Part shown: one piece after another, positions 40,538 through 48,437 of the stretch | Layout: each line of letters starts with the position of its first letter | Position numbering within the stretch: position 1 is the stretch's first letter | Origin: Bacteroidales bacterium | GTDB lineage: Bacteria; Bacteroidota; Bacteroidia; Bacteroidales; WRLA01 | Direction of reading: 5' to 3' | Assembly (NCBI GenBank): GCA_963676415.1 | Contig: OY781097.1 | Coordinates: 4,732,555-4,796,554 of the forward strand | Length of the DNA: 64,000 nt | Notes under the pieces: model-generated | Seen by the model: only the letters and a program-made list of their open reading frames with translations | The model's database searches: none | Told to the model about the DNA's origin: nothing | Made by a program: the position numbers and the translations under genes

Positions 40538-41275
40538 ATGTACCGCATTACTGCCGTTTCCTACCTCAACACTTACCCACTCATTTACGGACTGAAAAAT
40601 TTCCTGCCCGATGAAAATGGATTGCATTTTGAAACTGCCGTACCTTCGGAAGTGGCGCGCAGACTCAAAAATCAGGAAACGCAAATCGGACTGATTCCCG
40701 TGGCCGCATTTCCCGGAATCCCACAGGGCAACATCATCAGCAAGTATTGTATTGGGGCTGAAGGAGCCGTAAGAACCGTAATGCTCTATTCGAAAAAGCC
40801 GCTGAATGAGATCAAAAGCATTGCACTCGACAGCGATTCGCGCACATCGGTAATGCTTGCTCGCGTTTTGGCCAAACATTACTGGAAAATCAGTCCCGAA
40901 TGGGAAAAAATGAAGTCAAACAGTTTAAATCAGGCAGAGGCAATGGTTTTGATCGGCGATAAGACTTTCGGTGCATTTCCCGAACACCATTTTGTTTATG
41001 ACCTGGCCGAAAGCTGGAAGGAATTTACCGGCCTGCCTTTCGTTTTCGCCGTATGGGCAGCCAATTGTCCCATTCCCGGAGATTTTAAGGATCAGTTTGA
41101 CATGGCGCAGTCAGAAGGACTGAAACGAATTGCCGAAAGCATCCTCCGCCTTCCGGAAAATGTGAGCATGGCCCGGGCGGTGGATTATTTGCAATGCTCC
41201 ATCAGTTTTGATCTGGATGATGCAAAAAAAGAAGCAATGGCTTTGTTCTTAAACTATTGCGATTCCTTATCCTGA
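40538..41275 (+). CDS. mqnA: Chorismate dehydratase (futalosine pathway step 1)
   Basis: YRITAVSYLNTYPLIYGL N-terminus and ~245 aa periplasmic-binding-protein-like fold typical of MqnA. Confidence 0.6.
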   Translation: MYRITAVSYLNTYPLIYGLKNFLPDENGLHFETAVPSEVARRLKNQETQIGLIPVAAFPGIPQGNIISKYCIGAEGAVRTVMLYSKKPLNEIKSIALDSDSRTSVMLARVLAKHYWKISPEWEKMKSNSLNQAEAMVLIGDKTFGAFPEHHFVYDLAESWKEFTGLPFVFAVWAANCPIPGDFKDQFDMAQSEGLKRIAESILRLPENVSMARAVDYLQCSISFDLDDAKKEAMALFLNYCDSLS

Positions 41276-41949
41276 TTTTCTTTTTTGATTTGCATGGTGT
41301 AGATGTACTTGGCAATCATTAAAGCAATAACGATGGCCACATAAAACTGCCCGAAAATCCCAAAAAGGATAGACAACATCCGTGAAGCCGAAAGCTGTGG
41401 CAAAATATCCCCATAACCGATTGTAATCAGCGTGGTAAAGCTGTAATAAGTCAAATCGACCAAAACATTTTCACCGCTACCGCTGATATTAAATGCGTGG
41501 GGGTAGAGAATAAAGATCAAGTGGTTCAGTATCGCAAAAATAAAGCCCAACAATAAATATCCTGAGGCCACTCCGGCGATGGCATCTTCATCCACTTCCG
41601 GAATGCGAAAAAGCTGCTTCATCAGGTTAACAAAAACCCCAATTAAGAAAAGAGCACTAAAAGCTGTCCCTGCGATATCAAGCTTTGAATCAGCATACTG
41701 CACCTGAACCCAATGCAGCAGAAGAGCGCCAATGGCCAGAAATACAATCCCCTGCAATAATGCACGGAACTGCCGGATAAAATTCACACAAGCCAAAAGA
41801 AATAAAGTAAACACAAAAGCCCTTAAACTTTTCAATGCTAAGGTATTCTGATATAAAACTACCGGCAAGACTATTTGCAGAATCAAGGTAATCAGCAGCA
41901 GCCAGAAACGCTGTTTGAGAAGGCTTTTTAGATAGTGGATCTTTTTCAT
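41254..41949 (-). CDS. Small potassium-channel family protein
   Basis: Selectivity filter TTLITIGYGD preceded by several TM helices. Start placed at MKKIHYLK; the longer ORF would run into the recF promoter region. Confidence 0.75.
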   Translation of the reverse strand: MKKIHYLKSLLKQRFWLLLITLILQIVLPVVLYQNTLALKSLRAFVFTLFLLACVNFIRQFRALLQGIVFLAIGALLLHWVQVQYADSKLDIAGTAFSALFLIGVFVNLMKQLFRIPEVDEDAIAGVASGYLLLGFIFAILNHLIFILYPHAFNISGSGENVLVDLTYYSFTTLITIGYGDILPQLSASRMLSILFGIFGQFYVAIVIALMIAKYIYTMQIKKENQDKESQ

Positions 41950-42013
41950 AGTTTTCAAAAATAAGAAATTCATCAAAACCAAGGGAAAATGTATTTTTGC
42001 ACAAAGCTTTGCC

Positions 42014-43123
42014 ATGCACTTAAAAAAACTCAAACTGGCCCAATTTAAAAACTGCTTGGAAGCAGATCTGGAATTATCAGAAAAAATCAATTGCTTTGTG
42101 GGATACAATGGCGCAGGCAAAACCAATATCCTCGATGCCATTTATTACCTTTCTTTTTGCAAAAGCTATTTCAATCCTTCCGACAGCCAGAACATCAAGC
42201 ATGGGGAAGATTTTTTTGCCATTCATGGCTATTACGAAAACAGCGCGGGCGAGGAAGACCTGGTGCAGTGCATACAGAAAAAAGGCCAGCCCAAGCAGTT
42301 CCGCAAAAACAAAAAAGACTACCAGCGCCTGGCCGATCATATCGGGCTTATCCCTTTGGTAATGATCAGCCCTTACGACCGCGACCTCATCAACGATGGC
42401 TCGGAGCTGCGCCGGAAATATATGGACAGCGTTATCGCACAATTTGATAAAGATTATCTGGACAATCTTATCCGCTATAATAAAAGTGTACAGCAAAGAA
42501 ATATCTTACTGAAACATTTTGCCACACAGCAGCAATTCGACCAAAACCTGCTTGAGCCCTGGGATCAGCAACTGATTGTGCTGGGAGAAAAAATCCATGA
42601 AGTGCGCAAGAAATTTATTGAAGAATTCGCGCCGGTTTTTCAGGATTATTACCGCTTTATTTCCGGGCAACAGGAGGAAGTAAGCATAGAATACAGTTCA
42701 CAGCTTTTGCAGCACAGCACCGAAGAACTGCTGCGCAAAAACCTGGAGCGCGACCGCATATTGAAATTTACCGGAAGCGGCGTACACCGCGACGACCTGA
42801 ATTTCAGGATTTCGGGATATCCTCTCAAAAAATTCGGCTCCCAGGGCCAGCAAAAATCCTTTGTTATTGCCATTAAGCTGGCACAATACAAGCACACCCG
42901 GATCATCAAAAATTTCAAACCGATTATTTTACTGGATGATATTTTTGACAAACTGGACGACAAACGGGTGGACCAGATTATTGAAATGGTGAGCAATGAC
43001 GGTTTTGGCCAGATTTTCATCAGCGACACACAGCGCGAACGCGTAGAACGGATTTTCCAACACCACAAAGTAGCGCACAGGATATTTTCGGTGGATGGAG
43101 GAATAATTCAGAATGAAAAATAG
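42014..43123 (+). CDS. recF: DNA replication and repair protein RecF
   Basis: Walker A GYNGAGKTNILDAIY, SMC-like signature GSQGQQKS, and Walker B ILLDDIFDKLD. Confidence 0.9.
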   Translation: MHLKKLKLAQFKNCLEADLELSEKINCFVGYNGAGKTNILDAIYYLSFCKSYFNPSDSQNIKHGEDFFAIHGYYENSAGEEDLVQCIQKKGQPKQFRKNKKDYQRLADHIGLIPLVMISPYDRDLINDGSELRRKYMDSVIAQFDKDYLDNLIRYNKSVQQRNILLKHFATQQQFDQNLLEPWDQQLIVLGEKIHEVRKKFIEEFAPVFQDYYRFISGQQEEVSIEYSSQLLQHSTEELLRKNLERDRILKFTGSGVHRDDLNFRISGYPLKKFGSQGQQKSFVIAIKLAQYKHTRIIKNFKPIILLDDIFDKLDDKRVDQIIEMVSNDGFGQIFISDTQRERVERIFQHHKVAHRIFSVDGGIIQNEK

Positions 43124-43194
43124 AATTAGGCCTCCACATACCAAACAAAGATGCCGGAGCGTTGTTATTTCTCAAACAAGAAACGCGTAAAAAA

Positions 43195-43425
43195 ATGCTC
43201 AAATTACTCCTTCTGACTACAGTTCTTCTCGGAATTGCCTTTGCCGGCATTGCCATTAAGATGTTTGTGTTTAAAAACGGTGTTTTTACCAAGTCATGCA
43301 GCTCTCACGACGACAGTGCAGGGAAACATGGCGGTTGTGTGTGCGGCGGCACGGATAAATCGAAATGCAAAAACAAGAACAAGCATAAAGAGTTCAACAT
43401 TAAGGTGGAGCCCTATCGCGGATAA
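43195..43425 (+). CDS. Small membrane protein with a Cys-rich tail
   Basis: One N-terminal TM helix (LLLLTTVLLGIAFAGIAI), then CSSHDD...GGCVCGG...KC. The ATG at 43195 is preferred to the TTG at 43162. Confidence 0.45.
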   Translation: MLKLLLLTTVLLGIAFAGIAIKMFVFKNGVFTKSCSSHDDSAGKHGGCVCGGTDKSKCKNKNKHKEFNIKVEPYRG

Positions 43426-43553
43426 ACCTTGCCTAAGAAGTATCTGCTGTTTTTAAGCTGTTTTCTCATTTAGAAAAACCTTTGTATTGGCGTTGCAATG
43501 CCGTTGCAACACCGTTTCAACAGCATTGCAAGGCCAATGCAGATTATATAAAC

Positions 43554-43592
43554 GAAAGATTTACACCCATTCTTCCTTTAGCAATTCTCCCT
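43554..43592. repeat. Left copy of a 39-bp direct repeat (orphan copy of the 3' end, including the stop, of the 4Fe-4S gene)
   Basis: 37 of 39 positions are identical to 44119-44157. The reverse complement encodes GELLKEEWV-stop. Confidence 0.85.
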
Positions 43593-44118
43593 CCTGTTTT
43601 CCAGATAAGACACCAGTTTTTAACTTTAGGCATCTGTAAACTCTAAAAATATTGAATATAAAGCATGTCTTCGACCACTGTTTTTATTCCTTTTGTCTTG
43701 GCACAAAAGGAACCAAAAAGCCAAGTCAAAACAATGCTTCCCCCCGCTCTTCCCGATACCAAGAATTTCCAATCAAAGTAGTGCCTCGTGCCTCGGCAAA
43801 GCTGTTGCCCTTTGATGGAAATTCTAAGCATCGGGAATTCACCCTCATCCGGCCCGCTGTTTTGACAGGCCGCCCCACTGTCTAAACGAGGATGATTCTT
43901 GTTTTAAAAACAATTGGATTAAAATTTTCGTCTAACGTAAAATCAATAGACGTATGCGCATAACAGGAGAATAATCCTGATTGCACAAATATCTTTATTG
44001 CCAACAAATAGCTATTAAAATGAAATCAAGACGCCCAAACTCAAAGCATTAGCCTCATTAAAATATTGATATTAAGATAATTAACTTTTTGACTATTTAT
44101 TATCCAAAAAACAGAAAA
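43593..44118. mobile_element. Element E1: 526-bp non-coding insert (conserved core plus AT-rich arm)
   Basis: Homologous along its whole length to 45897-46397: the core is nearly identical and the arm roughly two-thirds identical by eye. It is bracketed by the 39-bp direct repeat. Confidence 0.7.
43665..43905 (-). ncRNA. Candidate structured RNA (conserved core of E1); strand tentative
   Basis: ~241 nt are nearly identical to 45969-46209, with a 1-nt indel that breaks any common reading frame. There is a 26-27-nt imperfect hairpin (43752-43778 with 43810-43835) and a 9-bp hairpin (TCCTTTTGT/ACAAAAGGA). Two plus-strand A.C/C.A mismatches become G.U on the minus strand. Confidence 0.35.
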
Positions 44119-44157
44119 GAAAGATTTACACCCATTCTTCCTTCAGCAATTCCCCCT
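44119..44157. repeat. Right copy of the 39-bp direct repeat (functional 3' end of the 4Fe-4S gene)
   Basis: See 43554-43592. Confidence 0.85.
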
Positions 44158-45028
44158 GCAAGCCAACAATAATGGATTTCACCGGCACTTTTCGGTTGGC
44201 ATTGGCCTGTGCAGCTTTCACGATATGGAGCAAACCGCTGCAACAAGGCACCTGCATCATCATCACTGTGATGGTATTCACTTTTGCGTCATCAATCATC
44301 ATGCGCACTTTTTCGATATAAGAATCTATGCCCTGATCCAGCTTGGGGCAAAGCACGGCCAGACTTTTGCCTTTAAGGTAATCCTGATGGAAATTTCCCA
44401 TAGAAAACGCAACACAATCGGCTGCAAGCAAAAGGTCGGAGTTTTGAAAATAGCTGGCATTGGGCTGCACGAGATGCATTTGCACCGGCCACTGCTTTAG
44501 TTGGCTAGGCTGCGTTCCCAAGGCAGCAGCCGGCACATCCGGATCAATATTTCCAAAGTCCATACTTTTTGAGCCCGGACATCCCCCTCCTTGGTGATGA
44601 TGCATTTGAGCGACTTGCTGAACGGCTTGTGGTTTTTTGCCACTGTTATGCACCTCACGGATGACTTCTTTTACATCAAAATCAATTTTTCCTTCATTTT
44701 CGAGCAAATAATTTACGGCCTCTTTGAGATAAACCGTTTCATTATGATCTTTCAGGTGCTTCATATGTGCCAAGACCGTATTGCGGCCTTTTTGGATCAT
44801 CAAGGCAATTACCTCTGTTTCGCTATAGGGCTGTGCTTCACGCTTTTCAATACTGATGGCGTCCTGCGGACAATGTCCCAGGCAGGCACCCAACCCATCG
44901 CACATCAAATCACTAACTAAGCGCGCTTTTCCATCAATGATCTGCAAAGCACCTTCATGGCATCCGGGCACACAAAGTCCGCAACCATTACATTTTTCTT
45001 CGTCGATATGAACAATTTCTCTTTCCAT
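44126..45028 (-). CDS. 4Fe-4S dicluster (ferredoxin-type) domain protein
   Basis: The N-terminal CNGCGLCVPGC ... CDGLGACLGHCP gives two CxxCxxCxxxCP-type clusters. The C-terminal domain has additional cysteines (VPCCSG). Confidence 0.75.
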   Translation of the reverse strand: MEREIVHIDEEKCNGCGLCVPGCHEGALQIIDGKARLVSDLMCDGLGACLGHCPQDAISIEKREAQPYSETEVIALMIQKGRNTVLAHMKHLKDHNETVYLKEAVNYLLENEGKIDFDVKEVIREVHNSGKKPQAVQQVAQMHHHQGGGCPGSKSMDFGNIDPDVPAAALGTQPSQLKQWPVQMHLVQPNASYFQNSDLLLAADCVAFSMGNFHQDYLKGKSLAVLCPKLDQGIDSYIEKVRMMIDDAKVNTITVMMMQVPCCSGLLHIVKAAQANANRKVPVKSIIVGLQGELLKEEWV

Positions 45029-45083
45029 GGCGTATCATTTTTTTAATTTTGAGACAAATATATTGTGCCCCAGAATTAAAAAC

Positions 45084-45099
45084 TGTAACCTAAGTTACA
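45084..45099. promoter_or_regulatory. Candidate Crp/Fnr-family operator, TGTAAC-N4-GTTACA
   Basis: Perfect 6-4-6 palindrome in the 106-bp divergent region between the 4Fe-4S gene and the Crp/Fnr gene. A second palindrome, GGTAT-TTTG-ATACC, lies at 45104-45117. Confidence 0.45.
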
Positions 45100-45134
45100 A
45101 TTTGGTATTTTGATACCGAAATTAACAAAATATT

Positions 45135-45812
45135 ATGACAACTGCCGCATATCTCAGCCAATGCATTCTTTTTAAGGGATTAAAGGAGCATGAAATCGAA
45201 CTCCTTTTAAATCAAATCCATTATCAGGAAAAGAGTTTTAAAAGGGAATCTCTCATCGCACAAAGCGGAGATGAAACCACCGCCCAACTGATTCTTTTGA
45301 GCGGCAGTGTACGCGGTGAAATGATGGACTTCAATGGAAAAGCCATTAAAATTGAAGATATAAAAGCCGTACGTATGCTTGCTCCTGCATTTTTGTTTGG
45401 GAAGCAGAATCATTATCCGGTTTCCATTATTGCCAACGAAGAAAGCCGGGTTCTCCACATCCCCAAAAATGATTTCCTGAAATTGCTTGGCTCCAACGAG
45501 CTGATTTTAAGGAATTACTTAGATAATATTTCCAGCCGGGCCCAATTTTTATCTGAAAAAATTAAATTCCTGTTTTTCCAGGACATCAAGGGGAAACTGG
45601 CACATTATTACATGACAAAACTCAGGGAAAGCAGTTCTCAAACCATTAGAATGGAAAGTTCGCAGGAACAATTGGCGGTACTTTTTGGCGTTAGCCGTCC
45701 GGCATTGGCGCGGAGTATCAAAGAGTTGCGCGAAGATAAAATCATTGAAACACATGGAAAAGAAATCCGGATCCTGAATGTTCAGGCCTTAAAAGCCTTG
45801 GTCAGGGAATAG
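45135..45812 (+). CDS. Crp/Fnr-family transcriptional regulator
   Basis: N-terminal cNMP-binding-like beta-roll and a C-terminal HTH (SQEQLAVLFGVSRPALARSIKELRED). Confidence 0.85.
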   Translation: MTTAAYLSQCILFKGLKEHEIELLLNQIHYQEKSFKRESLIAQSGDETTAQLILLSGSVRGEMMDFNGKAIKIEDIKAVRMLAPAFLFGKQNHYPVSIIANEESRVLHIPKNDFLKLLGSNELILRNYLDNISSRAQFLSEKIKFLFFQDIKGKLAHYYMTKLRESSSQTIRMESSQEQLAVLFGVSRPALARSIKELREDKIIETHGKEIRILNVQALKALVRE

Positions 45813-45896
45813 TCCTAACCGCCAATTTTATAAGTCAATACAATACCCGAACCTCCACCGGGCATAATTGCCGGGGCAAAACTGAATTTCCTCTTT
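45740..45896. repeat. Left copy of a 157-bp direct repeat (functional Crp/Fnr 3' end plus an orphan PAP2 3' end)
   Basis: 154 of 157 positions are identical to 46398-46554. Confidence 0.9.
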
Positions 45897-46397
45897 CCAA
45901 ATTTCCTTATAAGACAGCCATTTGTAAAATAGAGTGTTAGTATTTCATATGGATACTGGATATCAATTATGCCTTCGACCGCTGTTTTATTCCTTTTGTC
46001 TTGGCACAAAAGGAAGCAAAAAGCCAAGTCAAAACAAAGCTTCCCCCCCGCTCTTCCCGATGCCAAGAATTTCCAATCAAAGTAGTGCCTCGTGCCTCGG
46101 CAAAGCTTTAGCCCTTTGATGGAAATTCTAAGCATCGGGAATTCACCCTCATCCGGCCCGCTGTTTTGACAGGCCGCCCCGCGGTCTAAACGAGGATGAT
46201 TTTTGTTTTGCAAACATTTTGACAAGATAAAAAATAATAGAAGTGATCTGATTTAAAACCCTTCATTATTAATACGTATGGCTGACAATTATCACTTAAG
46301 ATGAAATCAAAAACCATATTCTTACAGTTTAGAGCTATAAAATATTAATAATGAACAACTAATTTTATAATTGTATCAAATACAGAAAACACAAAAG
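45897..46397. mobile_element. Element E2: 501-bp non-coding insert, sibling of E1
   Basis: Same architecture and orientation as E1, bracketed by the 157-bp direct repeat. Confidence 0.7.
45969..46209 (-). ncRNA. Candidate structured RNA (conserved core of E2); strand tentative
   Basis: See 43665-43905. In this copy the A.C position of the long hairpin is a G-C pair. Confidence 0.35.
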
Positions 46398-46554
46398 AAT
46401 CATCGAAACACATGGAAAAGAAATCCGGGTCCTGAATGTTCAGGCCTTAAAAGCCTTGATCAGGGAATAGTCCTAACCGCCAATTTTATAAGTCAATACA
46501 ATACCCGAACCTCCACCGGGCATAATTGCCGGGGCAAAACTGAATTTCCTCTTT
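46398..46554. repeat. Right copy of the 157-bp direct repeat (orphan Crp/Fnr 3' end plus the functional PAP2 3' end)
   Basis: See 45740-45896. Confidence 0.9.
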
Positions 46555-47324
46555 TCGGCATCCATTCTTCCCGAAGCACGCTTATGAACAAAACGGCCAA
46601 TAGCATAGCCCAGAACAGAACCTGCAAGCACATCGGAAGCCCAGTGTTTGTTTCCGTATATGCGCGAGATGGCCGTAAGCCCTGCCAGACCGTAGGCGAT
46701 CCCTCCTACCCATTTATTTTCAGAATATTCGGAGGCTACAACCGCAGCCACAGCAAACGAAAGCGAAGAATGCCCGGAAGGAAAGGACAAAAAATCCGTA
46801 CTCAATGAAGGACCGCCCCAGATATAGGCATCCGGAGGCTCATGCTCGTTGGGGCGGTGACGATGAAAAAACATTTTGAAGCCTCCTGTAAAAACCGTGG
46901 TAACCATAAAAGCCCGAAAAGCAGTGAGGCTGGTAAAAGCAAGGCGGTCATTTTTCCCGATTCGGGCAGCGGTATAAGTCAGCCCCATCGCAGGCAGCAC
47001 ATATTGAAACGACCACATATCATTCAATAAATTCTCACTTTGCTGTGTGATAAAGGGCGAATCATGATCAAGCAAAAAAGTATGGATATCTTCATCAAAA
47101 ACCATCAATCCGCCGGTTACCGCTGCAAAGCCACCAAATTTTATCCATGATTTGCCGTCCCATTTCAGGGGAGCCAGACCCGTTTGAATAAAATCACCCC
47201 CAAAATCCTGAAACCATTGCCCGTTAATTCGTACCGGATAATGTACAGCACTGTCCTGAGCTTTTGCAGTTGTACGTGTTAGTCCCAGCAAAAGGATCAA
47301 AAAAAACAAATTCCTTAACCTCAT
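46473..47324 (-). CDS. PAP2-superfamily phosphatase
   Basis: Signal peptide plus the tripartite PAP2 signature (HRHRP, PSGHS, SRIYGNKHWASD). Confidence 0.85.
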   Translation of the reverse strand: MRLRNLFFLILLLGLTRTTAKAQDSAVHYPVRINGQWFQDFGGDFIQTGLAPLKWDGKSWIKFGGFAAVTGGLMVFDEDIHTFLLDHDSPFITQQSENLLNDMWSFQYVLPAMGLTYTAARIGKNDRLAFTSLTAFRAFMVTTVFTGGFKMFFHRHRPNEHEPPDAYIWGGPSLSTDFLSFPSGHSSLSFAVAAVVASEYSENKWVGGIAYGLAGLTAISRIYGNKHWASDVLAGSVLGYAIGRFVHKRASGRMDAEKRKFSFAPAIMPGGGSGIVLTYKIGG

Positions 47325-47632
47325 TTACTGACTTTCCCTATTTTTTCTTCAATGCTGGCCGGCTTTTTTTCCATGCGGTTTTCAGCACCTTTTCGGATAT
47401 CGAATTTCAGGCTGGAATACACGCGTTCGCAATCTTCTTCCAGCTGTGCATAGGATTCCCTGACCACTTCCAAAGCTTCATCCAGTGTATCGGTTTCAAC
47501 GATGGTTCCCATTGCAGTGAGTTGGTAGTTATAACCTTTATCACGGATATGGGCAATGATGCGCTTCACATAATCGCTTACGCTTGCTCCCTTATCGGTT
47601 GGGAACATAGCAAATTCGAGCAATACTGACAT
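47321..47632 (-). CDS. MTH1187/YkoF-like thiamine-binding family protein (DUF77)
   Basis: ~100 aa. MSVLLEFAMFPTDKG.SVS.YV...I..I...G..Y.LT.MGT..E is typical of the family. A 4-nt overlap with the downstream PAP2 gene suggests an operon. Confidence 0.6.
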   Translation of the reverse strand: MSVLLEFAMFPTDKGASVSDYVKRIIAHIRDKGYNYQLTAMGTIVETDTLDEALEVVRESYAQLEEDCERVYSSLKFDIRKGAENRMEKKPASIEEKIGKVSK

Positions 47633-47691
47633 ATTTTATAAAATCATTGATGTTTGTGCCTCCAAAAATAACCCTAAAAGCCGAATAACGT

Positions 47692-48435
47692 TCAAAGCTG
47701 CGATTTATTCCATATCTCCCATGATGCATCTGCTTGCAATTCCAGCATTTTCAGGCCATTTTCGGTTTGCGCTCCCCTTGCAGCAGCTTTTTGGAGAAAT
47801 GCGGTCTGCTCCGGATTATACACCAGGTCAAAAAATAACTGGTGACTGCCCGCCCCATCCCAAGGTAGATCAGGACAGCTTTCCACATTGGGATACATTC
47901 CCAAAGGCGTGGTATTGATGATCAAATCAAAAGCGGTAAAAGCAGCCTCATCCAAAGTTTTGTAGCACAAGATATTTGCTGCAGGATTTCGGGAAACCAA
48001 ATGGCAGGAAATACCCAGTTTTTGCAAAACATAAACCACAGCTTTTGATGCACCGCCTGTACCCAATACCAAAGCATTTTTTCGTTGATGACCGTTTTTC
48101 AGGCGCAAAGCTTTTTCAAAACCATAAGCATCGGTATTGTAGCCCTTGAATTTCCCTTCCGGGCTTTTCAGGATGCAGTTTACTGCGCCAATAGCTGATG
48201 CTGCATCATCAAGCAAATCCATGAAAGGGATTACCGATTGTTTATAAGGAACCGTCACGTTCAGCCCCATGAGCCGGGGATAAGTTTTCCAGAGTTCGGG
48301 AAATCCTTGTATGTTTTCTATAGGAAATAGCCGGTAAGCATGATCATCAAGTTCCAAATGGCGGAACTTTTCAGCAAAATAAACAGCCGACCATGAATGT
48401 CCCAGCGGATATCCGATCAGGCCGAAAGTTTTCAT
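47692..48435 (-). CDS. aroE: Shikimate dehydrogenase
   Basis: GLIGYPLGHSWS N-terminal motif, NVTVPYK, and the NAD(P) loop LGTGGASKAV. Confidence 0.85.
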   Translation of the reverse strand: MKTFGLIGYPLGHSWSAVYFAEKFRHLELDDHAYRLFPIENIQGFPELWKTYPRLMGLNVTVPYKQSVIPFMDLLDDAASAIGAVNCILKSPEGKFKGYNTDAYGFEKALRLKNGHQRKNALVLGTGGASKAVVYVLQKLGISCHLVSRNPAANILCYKTLDEAAFTAFDLIINTTPLGMYPNVESCPDLPWDGAGSHQLFFDLVYNPEQTAFLQKAAARGAQTENGLKMLELQADASWEIWNKSQL

Positions 48436-48437
48436 GC

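Noticed and set aside
43643-46225. ORFs 43643-43831 (62 aa) and 45815-46225 (136 aa) covering the E1/E2 cores, and the plus-strand ORFs 43652-43885 and 45934-46119.
   Set aside because: A 1-nt indel between the two nearly identical cores shifts the frame, so no peptide is conserved between copies. The 136-aa ORF also fuses core sequence with the orphan PAP2 fragment. Non-coding conservation is the better explanation.
46371-46808. 145-aa plus-strand ORF overlapping the PAP2 gene end.
   Set aside because: It is antisense to a PAP2 gene with a complete catalytic signature and begins inside the E2 arm and the duplicated segment.
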